Shown: piece after piece, positions 54,039-64,000 of the stretch
Layout: each line of letters opens with the position of its first letter
Numbering within the stretch: position 1 is the first letter of the stretch
DNA from: an uncultured Verrucomicrobiae bacterium
GTDB lineage: Bacteria; Chlamydiota; Chlamydiia; Chlamydiales; Rhabdochlamydiaceae
NCBI GenBank assembly: GCA_963806855.1
Contig: CAWDYW010000001.1
Span: 1,056,001 to 1,120,000, forward strand
DNA: 64,000 bases
Reading direction: 5' to 3'
Position numbers and translations under genes: made by a program
The notes under the pieces: generated by a model
What the model saw: only the letters and a program-made list of their open reading frames with translations
What the model was told of the DNA's origin: nothing
Database searches by the model: none

Positions 54039-54638
54039 GAGAATTGCGCGAAGTCCTTCTTCTACAATCGTGCGGCGCGCTTTTGATGGAATTTTTTTGA
54101 TCATTTCGAAAGCCTTTTTCACATTGAAAGAGGGATCGATTTCAACTTCTGGTAGGGCTTGAAACCAAAGCGACTTTGCAGGTTTTAAGTACAAGACATC
54201 CAAAAGAGCTTTTTCTGGAGTCGCCATTTTCACTTGTGTTTTCAAATCAAGCTCATAATCGAAAAAAAATTCAGGGGCGATATGATGGACAGAAATAGTT
54301 GCCAAAGGTGTTTTAAATAGGCGAGTGCGGGCAAGAGAGACGACCGTAATATTGCGCGGAATTTGATCGATCATCCCATGATGATAAAGAGCAGTCTGCA
54401 ATGAAATATAGCCGGGAAATGGAGCGACTAAGTAATCAGGAAGCACTAAGGGGTTGACTCGCAGGTCAATCACCCACAGACCCTTTGATAGACAGATGAC
54501 ATGCTTTGCCAATGCCAATCGTCTCAATACTTGACTTGCATATTCGTTGCTAATGCCCAATGTAATGGCGATATCTCTGATTTCCATCACGGGGACGCCA
54601 ATATTTTGAAGGGTTCTTAAGGCGGATAATAAATTCAC
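54030..54638 (-). CDS. AbiEi-family type IV antitoxin / transcriptional regulator
   Basis: N-terminal wHTH, YISLQTALYHHGMIDQIP, ATPEKALLD; GTG start overlaps the toxin TGA. Confidence 0.85.
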   Translation of the reverse strand: MNLLSALRTLQNIGVPVMEIRDIAITLGISNEYASQVLRRLALAKHVICLSKGLWVIDLRVNPLVLPDYLVAPFPGYISLQTALYHHGMIDQIPRNITVVSLARTRLFKTPLATISVHHIAPEFFFDYELDLKTQVKMATPEKALLDVLYLKPAKSLWFQALPEVEIDPSFNVKKAFEMIKKIPSKARRTIVEEGLRAILSL

Positions 54639-55375
54639 CTCAGGCCCTCCAAATAATCGATCACACTTAATTGAATCATATTCCAAGTATCATGATTATA
54701 TTGCTCTTGAAGATCTGTGGGGAAAAAGGCCAATACCTGATCTTTAAACTCACCAAAACTAATATTGCATGTATTTTCACAGGCCTTTGTTAAATATTCA
54801 CCATCCCCTTCTTTTATCCCATAGGCATTGATCAAATGAAAAAGATCCCAAATATCACGAGCCTGAGTTTCGGTTCTGGATGCTAAAGCCCTTATTTTCT
54901 GTTTAAAAGCGATTGTAGGGCTATAATGGGGCACAAAAATAGGATGCAATCGATAGGTGCTTAAAACAGCTATATTGATAGATTCAAATTCTACAGCTTC
55001 TTCAAGTCCTCTCCTTGAGCACTCAATTTTTGTGGGGAAAATTGTATCGTTTTCCGTTCTCAATTGAACCTTCCACCGCTGTGTGGTCTCAATTTGTTTC
55101 GGTTCTGATACTTGGGAGATATCAAGCGAATGAGTTCTTAGCATCATTTCCAATGCCGGAGACTTCAGAATCTGGTTTACGGTTTTTTGCAAAGTCGTCA
55201 TCAGAATGGTTTTTACATCCAGGTCGATATCCTGTGAATATCGAATGCTCCCTAAAAAAAACCGCAGGTTGCAGCCGCCTTTCAAGGCATATAACCGTTT
55301 GTCCAACTTTCGTCCCAATTGGTCTAAGAAGCAGAGGTGAAAAAATTCAACGCATTGGACAGGATCGTATTTCAT
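54635..55375 (-). CDS. AbiEii/AbiGii-family nucleotidyltransferase toxin
   Basis: LKGGCNLRFF...RYSQDIDL, K..AL..R.....RDIWDL; start placed at MKYDPV. Confidence 0.88.
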   Translation of the reverse strand: MKYDPVQCVEFFHLCFLDQLGRKLDKRLYALKGGCNLRFFLGSIRYSQDIDLDVKTILMTTLQKTVNQILKSPALEMMLRTHSLDISQVSEPKQIETTQRWKVQLRTENDTIFPTKIECSRRGLEEAVEFESINIAVLSTYRLHPIFVPHYSPTIAFKQKIRALASRTETQARDIWDLFHLINAYGIKEGDGEYLTKACENTCNISFGEFKDQVLAFFPTDLQEQYNHDTWNMIQLSVIDYLEGLR

Positions 55376-55430
55376 AATTTCATAATACGTGAATCCAGAC
55401 TCTAATGTCAAGATCTCGTATTATGAAATT
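55376..55430 (-). promoter_or_regulatory. AbiE promoter/operator: TTGACA-18nt-TATTAT inside a perfect 14-bp inverted repeat
   Basis: aatttcataatacg (55376-55389) and cgtattatgaaatt (55417-55430); -35 box at 55406-55411 on the minus strand. Confidence 0.7.
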
Positions 55431-55681
55431 GACTAAGATACTCATATTTAGTTTGATAGATCTATGAATGATCGAGATTCAGTTTCATCGTTCAGATCCT
55501 TGTGCTTTGCTGTGACCATTGGGGATTTTTCACGAGTTCTGCACTGATCTGGGCAATGTTCTCAAAATAAAGGAGATAGACAGAAGCGGTCATCTTTTAA
55601 ATAACTAATAACAAGCAGAAATTGACTTAAATTGATTTTAATAGTATAATTTTATTAAGCAAATAATTAACGAGGAATAAA

Positions 55682-56803
55682 ATGAGTGTCACTAGTACTA
55701 CTACTACAGCAGCCGCCAAGGACTTCGATCCCATCGTTGAAAGCCCCGCTCTTCCTAATGCAGCTCAAGACAAAGATCTGTTTGAGAAATATAATATTCC
55801 GAGAGATATTCAGGCCCTTTGTTTAAGCTTTCTCGATCTTCCCCTTTTAGCTGAGGCAAGTCTTGTCTGCAAGAAATGGAATGTGTTAAGTTCAAGCGAT
55901 TCAGTCTGGAGATTTGTTGCTGGCTCAATAGGCTTACCGGTTCTGGATATCGGTGTTCCTTATTGTCAGCAGGTTCTCCAATTTACACGAGCATTGCAAA
56001 ATTCTGCTCGCGCAACAGCAGGTAAGGATCTCGATCTTTTTACTATGGTCAGAGTAGAAAGGCCAACGATTGCCGATTTGAATAATCTGCGTAGAGGGCT
56101 CAAGGCTAGAGATATCATTTTAGTTTGGGATGCACTTGTCAAGGAGGCGAACAGTTTTCTCGTAGCAAATTTAGTCGGACCTAACGTTTCGAACTTAAAT
56201 ACCGTTGAACAGATCATTAATAAAGCAGAAGAATTCAGTGGATGGTTTTCTGCCAACAAGGCGACGCTTCGTCAAATCGTTAAGTTAAACCTCGATGGGT
56301 TGCGACTCACTTCATTGCCTGAAGAGATCGGTCAATTAAAAGAACTAAGAGAACTCAATCTTGAAGACAATCAACTGATTTTTTTACCAGATGTCTTCAA
56401 TGATAAATTAGAGACCATCAATCTTAGAAATAACCAACTCTCTTCGATACCCTCTCAAATTAAAAATCTTCCCAATCTCAAAAAGCTGTTATTGCAACAT
56501 AATCCGCTCTCATTGGCTAGCAGAATGGTGACTGCTTTCCAAAATGATTATAATTCTTCTAGAACAGAGATAAGAAATGCGGCCTTTTGGGCAATTGTTT
56601 TTGGGGCAATGTATTATCCTAGTTATGGTTACAAAGCGATTTTCCATATCGCTGCATTGTTCTCATTCAGTGTAACGTCGGGAGCTGTCGAAAATTCATT
56701 GAATTACAACAAAAGCAAAGCATGGGGTGCAAGTATATTATCTCTTTGGGCTGTTAGTACCGCCTGTCTGTATACCTTTAATAATTATTTTAGTGGAAAT
56801 TAA
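55682..56803 (+). CDS. F-box + leucine-rich-repeat protein with hydrophobic C-terminus
   Basis: F-box IPRDIQALCLSFLD...LVCKKW; LxLxxNxL repeats; TM-like tail. Confidence 0.88.
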   Translation: MSVTSTTTTAAAKDFDPIVESPALPNAAQDKDLFEKYNIPRDIQALCLSFLDLPLLAEASLVCKKWNVLSSSDSVWRFVAGSIGLPVLDIGVPYCQQVLQFTRALQNSARATAGKDLDLFTMVRVERPTIADLNNLRRGLKARDIILVWDALVKEANSFLVANLVGPNVSNLNTVEQIINKAEEFSGWFSANKATLRQIVKLNLDGLRLTSLPEEIGQLKELRELNLEDNQLIFLPDVFNDKLETINLRNNQLSSIPSQIKNLPNLKKLLLQHNPLSLASRMVTAFQNDYNSSRTEIRNAAFWAIVFGAMYYPSYGYKAIFHIAALFSFSVTSGAVENSLNYNKSKAWGASILSLWAVSTACLYTFNNYFSGN

Positions 56804-56805
56804 CT

Positions 56806-57645
56806 CTACCGCAGCTTCCCAGCCCAGCCTAATTTAGACCTTAGGGTGGTGAAATAGTCATGCCTTGTCAGATTGACGAGGCGGAAGATCTTTTCGCCTC
56901 GGGTGATTCGTAGGACATCGCCAGCTTGGAGCTCTTCGCAGGGGATCCCGTCGGCGGTTACCTCGAGGGGATAATCGTGGCTAAGGTATTGGACTTGGAT
57001 CTCAGAGTCGGCGTGGAGCACGATTGGCCGGTTGGAGATGGTGTGGGGGCTGATGGGGGTGATGACGATGGCGTTTAGGTCGGGGGTCATGATCGGGCCG
57101 CCAGCAGCGAGCGAATAGGCCGTTGAGCCATTAGGGGTGGAGATGATCACTCCGTCAGCGACGAAGGTGTTGAGGTAGGTGCCGCCGACATGGATGGCGA
57201 TCTCGACCAGGCTGGCATTTTTTCCGCGGTGGACGACGAAGTCGTTGACGGCAAATTGCTCCTGCCCGCTTGGAAAGTGGCCATTGATCGTGATTCTCTG
57301 GGCGATGGAGAAGTGGCCGAGGATGATGTCGTGCAGGCTGGGGTAGATTTCTGAAACGGGGATATCGGCCATGAAGCCGAGGTGGCCGAGATTGATGCCG
57401 ATGATCGCCGGGTCGATATGGGCGAATTTGTGCACGAGTCCGAGGATAGTTCCGTCGCCTCCCATCGAGATGAAAAATTCGATTTGTTCATGGGGAATCG
57501 ACGACATGGGGGCAACGCCGAGGGCAGCTGCGACATCGTCGGGAGCGACAACGGTGGCTCCACGGGCGCTCAGGTATTCTTGTATCCCAATGGCCAAATT
57601 TTTCGATTCTCGCTTTTGGCTATGGGGGAATATGGCAATGATCAT
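56806..57645 (-). CDS. nadK: NAD kinase
   Basis: [34 protein letters not shown]. Confidence 0.96.
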   Translation of the reverse strand: MIIAIFPHSQKRESKNLAIGIQEYLSARGATVVAPDDVAAALGVAPMSSIPHEQIEFFISMGGDGTILGLVHKFAHIDPAIIGINLGHLGFMADIPVSEIYPSLHDIILGHFSIAQRITINGHFPSGQEQFAVNDFVVHRGKNASLVEIAIHVGGTYLNTFVADGVIISTPNGSTAYSLAAGGPIMTPDLNAIVITPISPHTISNRPIVLHADSEIQVQYLSHDYPLEVTADGIPCEELQAGDVLRITRGEKIFRLVNLTRHDYFTTLRSKLGWAGKLR

Positions 57646-59405
57646 ACTGGAAGTTCTCTATTAAGCTCAGCATAATCTTTTAGGATTTGCTGGGCAATCG
57701 ATTCCGCATCGAGGCCGACAGAGGCGAGCATCTCTTTATGGGTTCCTTGCTGAAGATAGATGTCCGGGATGCCGAAATTGCGCATCTGGATGTTGGAAAA
57801 GCCGTTGCGGAAGGCAAAGGAGCTCAGGATCATTCCCATTCCGCCGCTCAGTGCATGTTCTTCGATGGTGGCGATGTAGGGATGGCTCATGAAAATATTG
57901 GTGAGCAGTTCGGTGTCGAGGGGTTTGAGGAAAATTGGATCGATGATGCTCGCAGCAATTCCCTCTTTGGCCAGCAGCTGCCCCACTTCGAGGGCGATTT
58001 CGGTCATGTGGCCCAGCGCGATGAGGGCGACATCGGTGCCTCGCTCGAGGATTTCTCCTTTACCGAGGGGCCGTTTGGAGAGGGGATAGTTCGGCTCGTC
58101 GGTGGGGATATTGGGATAGCGGATGGCGGTCGGCTGTTTCCAGTCAAAAGCGCTCTCGAGAAGCTCTTTGAGGAGAAGGCCGTTGCGGGGTTGGCAGATA
58201 ATCATATTGGGCATCGCATTGAGGAAAGAGATGTCATAGATGCCGTGGTGGGTTGTGCCATCGCTGTTTGCGATGCCTCCTCGGTCGATGGCGAAGACGA
58301 CGGGGGATTCTTGAAGGCACACATCTTGGAAGAGGTTGTCGAAGGCCCGCTGCAGGAAGGTGGCGTAGATGCTGCAGACCACTTTGGTGTTGGGTTGCTT
58401 GGCAATGGCCCCGCAATAGGTGACCGCATGCCCTTCGGCGATGCCGACGTCGATGCAGCGTTCCGGATATTTTTCCATTAGGGGTGTAATGCAAGCACCG
58501 AGCGGCGTCGCGGGGGTGATGGTGATGATGGTAGGGTCAACATCGACCATCTTGAGCAGGTGTTTGCCAAAAATTTGCGGAAAGGTCGATTTGGAAGGGG
58601 GTTTGCCCGATTTTTTTCCGGTCACTTTATCGAAAGGAGAGCAGCCGTGCCAGGAGATCGGATTCGCTTCGGCTATCTCGAGCCCTTTTCCTTTGACGGT
58701 GATCACATGCAGGATGGTCGGTTGTGTGCTATCTTTTAGAGAATTCAGCACCTGAAGAAGCTCTTCTAAATTATGGCCGTCGATGGGACCGATGTAGCGG
58801 AGGCCATATTGCTCGAAGAAGGGGGCAGGGGTATCGTCGAGAATTTGGGTGATCGCTCCAACGTTGTTAGAGATCGACATATTATTGTCATTGAGAATGA
58901 TGGTAAAGCGTTTCAGATCGGTCGGGAGGTTGTTCAGCGCTTCCAAAGCCAGTCCGCAGGTGAAAGTGGCATCGCCGATAATCGGAAGGACATGGAAGTT
59001 TTCTCCATTCATATCGCGCGCTTTGGCCACACCTAGGCCAAGCGAAACGGCAGTTCCTGCATGGCCGGCGTAGAAGCGGTCATGTTCCGATTCCTTCGGA
59101 TGGGCAAAACCGGAAAGCCCTTTGTATTGCCTAATCGTCGGGAATTTGGCCAAGCGACCGGTGAGAATTTTATGAGTATAGATCTGGTGGCTTACGTCGA
59201 AGATGAACTGATCGAGAGGGGAGTCGAAGGTTTTGTGGAGGGCAAGAGTGAGTTCGACGACTCCTAAATTTGAGCCTAAATGGCCTCCATTAATGGCCAT
59301 CACGTCGATGATCCGATGACGGATTTCTGAACACAGATGTTCGAGCTCTGAAATAGTGAGTTTCTTAATATCGGCAGGGCTTTGAATCGAATTGAGAATG
59401 TCCAT
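57642..59405 (-). CDS. dxs: 1-deoxy-D-xylulose-5-phosphate synthase
   Basis: [44 protein letters not shown]. Confidence 0.96.
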   Translation of the reverse strand: MDILNSIQSPADIKKLTISELEHLCSEIRHRIIDVMAINGGHLGSNLGVVELTLALHKTFDSPLDQFIFDVSHQIYTHKILTGRLAKFPTIRQYKGLSGFAHPKESEHDRFYAGHAGTAVSLGLGVAKARDMNGENFHVLPIIGDATFTCGLALEALNNLPTDLKRFTIILNDNNMSISNNVGAITQILDDTPAPFFEQYGLRYIGPIDGHNLEELLQVLNSLKDSTQPTILHVITVKGKGLEIAEANPISWHGCSPFDKVTGKKSGKPPSKSTFPQIFGKHLLKMVDVDPTIITITPATPLGACITPLMEKYPERCIDVGIAEGHAVTYCGAIAKQPNTKVVCSIYATFLQRAFDNLFQDVCLQESPVVFAIDRGGIANSDGTTHHGIYDISFLNAMPNMIICQPRNGLLLKELLESAFDWKQPTAIRYPNIPTDEPNYPLSKRPLGKGEILERGTDVALIALGHMTEIALEVGQLLAKEGIAASIIDPIFLKPLDTELLTNIFMSHPYIATIEEHALSGGMGMILSSFAFRNGFSNIQMRNFGIPDIYLQQGTHKEMLASVGLDAESIAQQILKDYAELNRELPV

Positions 59406-59653
59406 TATTTTATGAAGGGCTCACTCTGCGGAATGTTATTTTCATCGACACTTAAGTTGCCTTCACGGTTTTTGAGCAAGATTTCAACTCTGGATTCCGC
59501 TTCGCTTAGCTTTTTCTGACAGTTTCCAATCAGCTTATCGGCCTCTTCATAGAGTCCAAGGGCAGCATCCAAAGAGACTTGGCTCGAATGCATCTTCTCT
59601 AAGATTTTTTCCAGCTTTTCGTAAGCCTGCTCGAAATTCAGTTCATCACTCAT
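59405..59653 (-). CDS. xseB: Exodeoxyribonuclease VII small subunit
   Basis: [22 protein letters not shown]. Confidence 0.93.
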   Translation of the reverse strand: MSDELNFEQAYEKLEKILEKMHSSQVSLDAALGLYEEADKLIGNCQKKLSEAESRVEILLKNREGNLSVDENNIPQSEPFIK

Positions 59654-60968
59654 CTTGTACCTTTACCCGGATCGTTCCATTGGAAACCTGGATCCTAAGA
59701 CCCTCATTAGGCTCAACGTCATTTATAGAGAGGATAACCGAATCTTTTTTTTCATGAAAGACAATGCTGTACCCCTTCTTTAAAAGATTGCGGGGATCGA
59801 TCGCCCTAAGATGATCGACCAGTTGCTCGAGGCGCCTTTTTTTCTGTTCAATTTGTTTTTTGGCTGCCAGTTCGATACTAAAGCCGATTTTATCGAAATT
59901 TTTTCTTTGGACCCCAATTTGGGCTCCGGGTCTCAAAGCCTCTTTCTGCCTAATCAATTGGGCTAAATTCCGTCTATTTTGATTTAAAGTCTGCAGGATG
60001 GCCGTCTTGAGATCGGCGCGGACATCGTCAACTTTCTGGATGAAGGAGCTAAGGATCATATAGGGCGACCTTAGGGGGGACTGCTTAGAGACGGTCTCGA
60101 GCATCCTTCTATGGGAACGGAGTTGGGTCTGCATCGCCTGCAGGATCCCCGCTTTGGCTTTGCGCAGTTGCAAAATCAGCTGATTTTTCTCGAGTGTGAC
60201 CAGTTCTGCTGCAGCCGAGGGGGTCGGAGCCCGCAGGTCGGCAACAAAATCGGCAATCGTAAAATCGGTCTCATGGCCGACTGCCGAGATGATCGGAATC
60301 TTCGACGCATGGATGGCAGCGGCGACGATCTCCTCATTAAAGGGCCACAGATCCTCGAAACTGCCACCACCGCGTCCGACGATGAGCACGTCAGCCAGCT
60401 TGTAGGTATTAAAATCTTGAATGGCTTTGGCGATCTCAGCCGCGGCCAGCTCCCCTTGGACCCGGACGGGGTTTAGGATTAGATGGAAGCCGGAAAAGCG
60501 GCGGGAAAGGATATGGAGAATGTCTTGGATCACTGAACCTGTTGGGCTGGTCACAACGCCGATGGTGCGGGGCAATTTGGGCAGAGGCTTTTTCTTGGCG
60601 GGATCGAACCATCCCAGCCCCTCTAATTTGAGTTTGAGCGCATGCAATTTTTTTAATAACTCACCGACACCGGAGAACTCGACCTCTCGGACGATGATTT
60701 GGTAGCCTCCGCGTGGGACATAGACGCTCAGCTCTCCGGTGATGACAATCTGATCGCCCTCTTTAAGGGGCTGGGAAAGGCGGTAGGAGTTTCCCTTAAA
60801 CAGGACGGCGGAGACTTGCGATCCAGCATCTTTTAGAGTAAAATAGATGTGCCCGGAGCTTTGTATTTTGAGATTGCTCACCTCGCCCCGGACCGAAATC
60901 GAGGCAAAGGCAACCTCTAATTTTTGCTTGATAGCCGCTGTCAATTGAGAGACTGAAAGGATATTCAA
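59646..60968 (-). CDS. xseA: Exodeoxyribonuclease VII large subunit
   Basis: GEVSN, SGHIYFTLKD, RGGGS.EDLW.FN, GHETD, APTPSAAAE. Confidence 0.97.
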   Translation of the reverse strand: MNILSVSQLTAAIKQKLEVAFASISVRGEVSNLKIQSSGHIYFTLKDAGSQVSAVLFKGNSYRLSQPLKEGDQIVITGELSVYVPRGGYQIIVREVEFSGVGELLKKLHALKLKLEGLGWFDPAKKKPLPKLPRTIGVVTSPTGSVIQDILHILSRRFSGFHLILNPVRVQGELAAAEIAKAIQDFNTYKLADVLIVGRGGGSFEDLWPFNEEIVAAAIHASKIPIISAVGHETDFTIADFVADLRAPTPSAAAELVTLEKNQLILQLRKAKAGILQAMQTQLRSHRRMLETVSKQSPLRSPYMILSSFIQKVDDVRADLKTAILQTLNQNRRNLAQLIRQKEALRPGAQIGVQRKNFDKIGFSIELAAKKQIEQKKRRLEQLVDHLRAIDPRNLLKKGYSIVFHEKKDSVILSINDVEPNEGLRIQVSNGTIRVKVQDE

Positions 60969-61031
60969 AATACACCTTGATTTTCGCTGCTGGAATCATT
61001 ATGATTAAACCTTTGTTAAAACACAAAATTT

Positions 61032-61742
61032 ATGAATAAAATTATCGCCGGCAATTGGAAAATGCATAAGACGATTGAGGAGGCCACCCTCTTCCTCAAT
61101 GCGTTGATCCCGCACATCTCCAAAGCCCGCGCGCAAGTCATGATCGCCCCACCTTTTACAGCGATAGCCGAGTGCTGCAAAACCGTAAAAGGAACCAAGA
61201 TTCTCATCGGCGGTCAAAACATGGGTGACGCAGAAGAGGGAGCCTTCACCGGGGAGATCTCAGGCCGGATGTTGAAAGAGGCAGGGGCTAGCTTTGTCAT
61301 TTTAGGCCACTCAGAGCGGCGAACGATTTTTGGCGAGACCGATGAGCTGATCAACCGGAAAGTGCTCCGGGCCCTTTCCGATGGACTCACCCCCATTCTG
61401 TGTATAGGGGAGACCCAAGAGCAGCGAGAAAAGGGGAAGTCGGCGGCGGTGCTAAAAAACCAGCTCGACGGCTGCCTGAGAGGCTTTTCTAGCGGGAATC
61501 TGATGATCGCCTATGAGCCAGTTTGGGCGATTGGGACTGGGAAAACAGCGACACCCGAAATGGCGCAAGAGATGCACGGGGTGATCCGGCAGCATCTCGG
61601 GCAGAGATTGCCGATTCTTTATGGTGGATCGGTGAAGCCTGCCAATATTGAAAGTTTATTAATCCAGCCCGACATCGATGGAGCGCTCATTGGAGGAGCC
61701 TCTTTGGAAGTCGAGGCGTTTGCAAAGATGGTAGTAAGATGA
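61032..61742 (+). CDS. tpiA: Triosephosphate isomerase
   Basis: AGNWKM, GAFTGEIS, GHSERR, AYEPVWAIGTG, YGGSV. Confidence 0.98.
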   Translation: MNKIIAGNWKMHKTIEEATLFLNALIPHISKARAQVMIAPPFTAIAECCKTVKGTKILIGGQNMGDAEEGAFTGEISGRMLKEAGASFVILGHSERRTIFGETDELINRKVLRALSDGLTPILCIGETQEQREKGKSAAVLKNQLDGCLRGFSSGNLMIAYEPVWAIGTGKTATPEMAQEMHGVIRQHLGQRLPILYGGSVKPANIESLLIQPDIDGALIGGASLEVEAFAKMVVR

Positions 61743-62026
61743 CATTTTTATTTTATACGGCAATTTCTCTTTTTCTTCTCTTGGCAATTGTGCTCTCCCT
61801 GGTGATCCTTGTCCAGGAGAGCAAAAGCATGGGCCTTGGCGCCTCATTTGGCGGAGATCCTGGCGAGTCGGTGTTTGGTACCTCGACTGCCGCGGTGCTG
61901 AAAAAATTCACCGCTTACCTCGCTGTGATTTTCATGGCAACCTGCGTGCTCCTTTCGATCTGGTCAGGTTCGATGGGAAAATCGCACAGAGGGCCTGCTA
62001 TTCAGATTGAGGAGACTTCTGAGTAA
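61739..62026 (+). CDS. secG: Preprotein translocase subunit SecG
   Basis: Two TMs, ILVQ..K..GLGASFGG, L.K.T. Confidence 0.9.
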   Translation: MTFLFYTAISLFLLLAIVLSLVILVQESKSMGLGASFGGDPGESVFGTSTAAVLKKFTAYLAVIFMATCVLLSIWSGSMGKSHRGPAIQIEETSE

Positions 62027-62560
62027 ATGGCAAAATGGCGATTCCGTTATTACGGCGATCCAGTTTTGCGCCAGAAAAGTGTCCCGATCGAGGAGATCAC
62101 CGAAGAGATCAAAGAGCTCGCTCGGTATATGATCTACTATGCCGACAATCATAATGGAATCGGACTCTCTGCCGTCCAACTCGGAGTCCCGATCCGCCTC
62201 TTTGTCCTGCGCAATTACATCGTTCAGCCCGATGGGCGATGGACCGTCTCGCCTCCGAAAGTCTTCATCAACCCCAAAATCATCTGGAAAAGCGAAGAGA
62301 TCGAGATCGATACCGAAGGGTGCATGTCGGTGCCCAATCTCAACGTCGGCCCCATCGAGCGGCCCAAAGCGATCAAAATTGAAGCGACCGACCTCGACGG
62401 CAACCTCTTTGAAGAAGAGATGGAAGGACTCAACGCGCGGGTCAGATTCCACGAGAACGACCACCTCAACGGAGTACTCCAAATAGATCGTCTGCCTCCC
62501 AACGTCCGCAAAAAAATCGAGCCACAGCTCCAAGCCATAAAGAAAAAGTACAATAAATGA
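62027..62560 (+). CDS. def: Peptide deformylase
   Basis: GIGLSAVQLG, EGCMS, HENDHLNG. Confidence 0.96.
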   Translation: MAKWRFRYYGDPVLRQKSVPIEEITEEIKELARYMIYYADNHNGIGLSAVQLGVPIRLFVLRNYIVQPDGRWTVSPPKVFINPKIIWKSEEIEIDTEGCMSVPNLNVGPIERPKAIKIEATDLDGNLFEEEMEGLNARVRFHENDHLNGVLQIDRLPPNVRKKIEPQLQAIKKKYNK

Positions 62561-63204
62561 AGAAGCTAATCCAAGGGATCGTCGATTTTAGAAAAGGGCT
62601 GACAGAGGAGTCGAGAGACCTCTTTGCCAAGCTGGCCCTCGGACAAAAACCCGACACCCTCTTCATCGCCTGCTCTGACAGCCGCGTGGTCCCCAACCTC
62701 TTCGCTTCGACCAACCCCGGCGACCTCTTCGTCCTCCGCAATGTCGGCAATCTAATTCCTCCTGTCGCATCCAACGATGACAGCGCTACGGCCGTCGTCG
62801 AGTTTTCGATCTTTTCACTCGAAGTCTCCGACATCGTCATCTGCGGCCATTCCGAATGCGGCGCGATGCATGCACTCCTACATGGAGTCGATTCCAAAAA
62901 CTGCTGTCACCTCGAATCGTGGCTCAAATACGGCAAAGAGGCGCTGAACAAAGTGCGCAAAGGGGTCAAGATCAATCCAGGATTATCCGAGCAGAACCAG
63001 CTCTCCCAAGTGAACGTGCTGCAGCAAATGGAGCACATCAAAAGCTACCCCTTCATCCAAGAACGGATCGCCAAAAAAGAGCTCCGAGTTCACGGCTGGT
63101 GGTTCGACATCGCCCACGCCGACGTCTATTGCTACGAGCAAGAGCTGAACCAATTTGTCCTCATCGACGAGAAGGAAGGCGACCACATTTTAGAGAGGTC
63201 GTGA
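62557..63204 (+). CDS. Beta-class carbonic anhydrase
   Basis: ACSDSRV, RNVGN, GHSECGAM. Confidence 0.94.
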   Translation: MKKLIQGIVDFRKGLTEESRDLFAKLALGQKPDTLFIACSDSRVVPNLFASTNPGDLFVLRNVGNLIPPVASNDDSATAVVEFSIFSLEVSDIVICGHSECGAMHALLHGVDSKNCCHLESWLKYGKEALNKVRKGVKINPGLSEQNQLSQVNVLQQMEHIKSYPFIQERIAKKELRVHGWWFDIAHADVYCYEQELNQFVLIDEKEGDHILERS

Positions 63205-63223
63205 CTTTCTTTTGCCAAGGGAT

Positions 63224-64000
63224 TTAGAATTTTAGGTGGTCATTAATAAAAGATAGAGCGCCCAGAGCCCATTCTCGGTTGTAATAAAGCCCATAGATTG
63301 TTGCTAGGGCCACTGCAGTAATGGTTAGGCTCTTCTGATTATCGCGGACAAAAAAACGGGCCTTAAGACTGAGCGGGACCGGATTGCCTCCAACGTATAA
63401 GCGAATTCCCTTCTGCAAAAGCGTTTCTGGTATTGTGGTGAGTTTATTGTTGCAGAGATCGAGCAGTTCAAGATTAGGGAGCTGTTCGATCTCACCCGGA
63501 ATCGAGATAAGTTTATTGCCGCCGAGCCCGAGCCCTTGAAGATTAGTTAGCCGTCCGATGTCGTTGGGAATCAAGGTGAGGCGGTTATTTTGGAGACCGA
63601 GATTTCGAAGATTAATTAATCGCCCGATCTCACCCGGAATCAAGGTGAGTTGGTTATTGCCGAGATAGAGTCCTTGAAGCTGAATGAGCTGCCCGATCGC
63701 ACCCGGAATCGAGATAAGTTTATTGCTGTTGAGCCCGAGCAATTGAAGATTAGTTAGCTGCCAGATCTCATCCGGAATCGAGGTGAATTTGTTATTATGG
63801 AGATAGAGCTTTTCAAGCTGAGTGAGCTGTCCGAGCTCACCCGGAATCGAGGTGAGTTGGTTGTAGCTAAGAACGAGCAATTGAAGATTAGTTAGCCGTC
63901 CAATCTCCGTGGGAATCGAGGTGAGTTGAATTCCGCTAAGACTAAGAGCAGTCAATCCAGCGAGTGCCTCTTGATTCGCATCAAACCATACAGCAAATTC
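63224..64000 (-). CDS. Leucine-rich-repeat protein, C-terminal part (5' end outside the window)
   Basis: About seven to eight 23-aa LRRs (69-bp DNA repeats); upstream EFAVWFDANQEAL matches EFSGWFSANKATL of the 55682 gene. Confidence 0.9.
   Translation of the reverse strand, partial: EFAVWFDANQEALAGLTALSLSGIQLTSIPTEIGRLTNLQLLVLSYNQLTSIPGELGQLTQLEKLYLHNNKFTSIPDEIWQLTNLQLLGLNSNKLISIPGAIGQLIQLQGLYLGNNQLTLIPGEIGRLINLRNLGLQNNRLTLIPNDIGRLTNLQGLGLGGNKLISIPGEIEQLPNLELLDLCNNKLTTIPETLLQKGIRLYVGGNPVPLSLKARFFVRDNQKSLTITAVALATIYGLYYNREWALGALSFINDHLKF

Noticed and set aside
57687..58481. Long antisense or alternate-frame ORFs (also 7964-8695, 21806-22546, 31404-32147, 4283-4954)
   Set aside because: They are shadows of well-supported genes and have no recognisable motifs.

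Overview
This window looks like the chromosome of an environmental member of the phylum Chlamydiae, inferred from gene content and order: ruvB-dcd, glgX beside a CesT/Slc1-type T3S chaperone, dnaA-yidC, mgtE-DUF721-gyrB-gyrA-tmk-holB, and dxs-xseB-xseA-tpiA. It carries a classical menFDHBACE operon. The housekeeping backbone is interrupted by several accessory features. (1) Two near-identical non-autonomous IscB/omegaRNA (OMEGA) elements each sit directly before an ATGA start codon and leave the flanking genes intact. (2) Four F-box paralogs have a short C-terminal segment that varies at codon positions 1-2 but little at position 3, a signature of diversity-generating retroelement (DGR) targets. 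No reverse transcriptase or template repeat is visible in the window. (3) An island of eukaryote-like putative effectors (RING-H2, two tyrosine phosphatases, F-box, F-box-LRR) begins with a duplicated holB 3' end. (4) Two toxin-antitoxin modules are present. (5) There are several families of palindromic elements, one of which has entered the 5' end of tmk. glgX, typA, gyrB and gyrA contain many frameshifts that are most likely assembly errors. All alignments and counts were done by eye.
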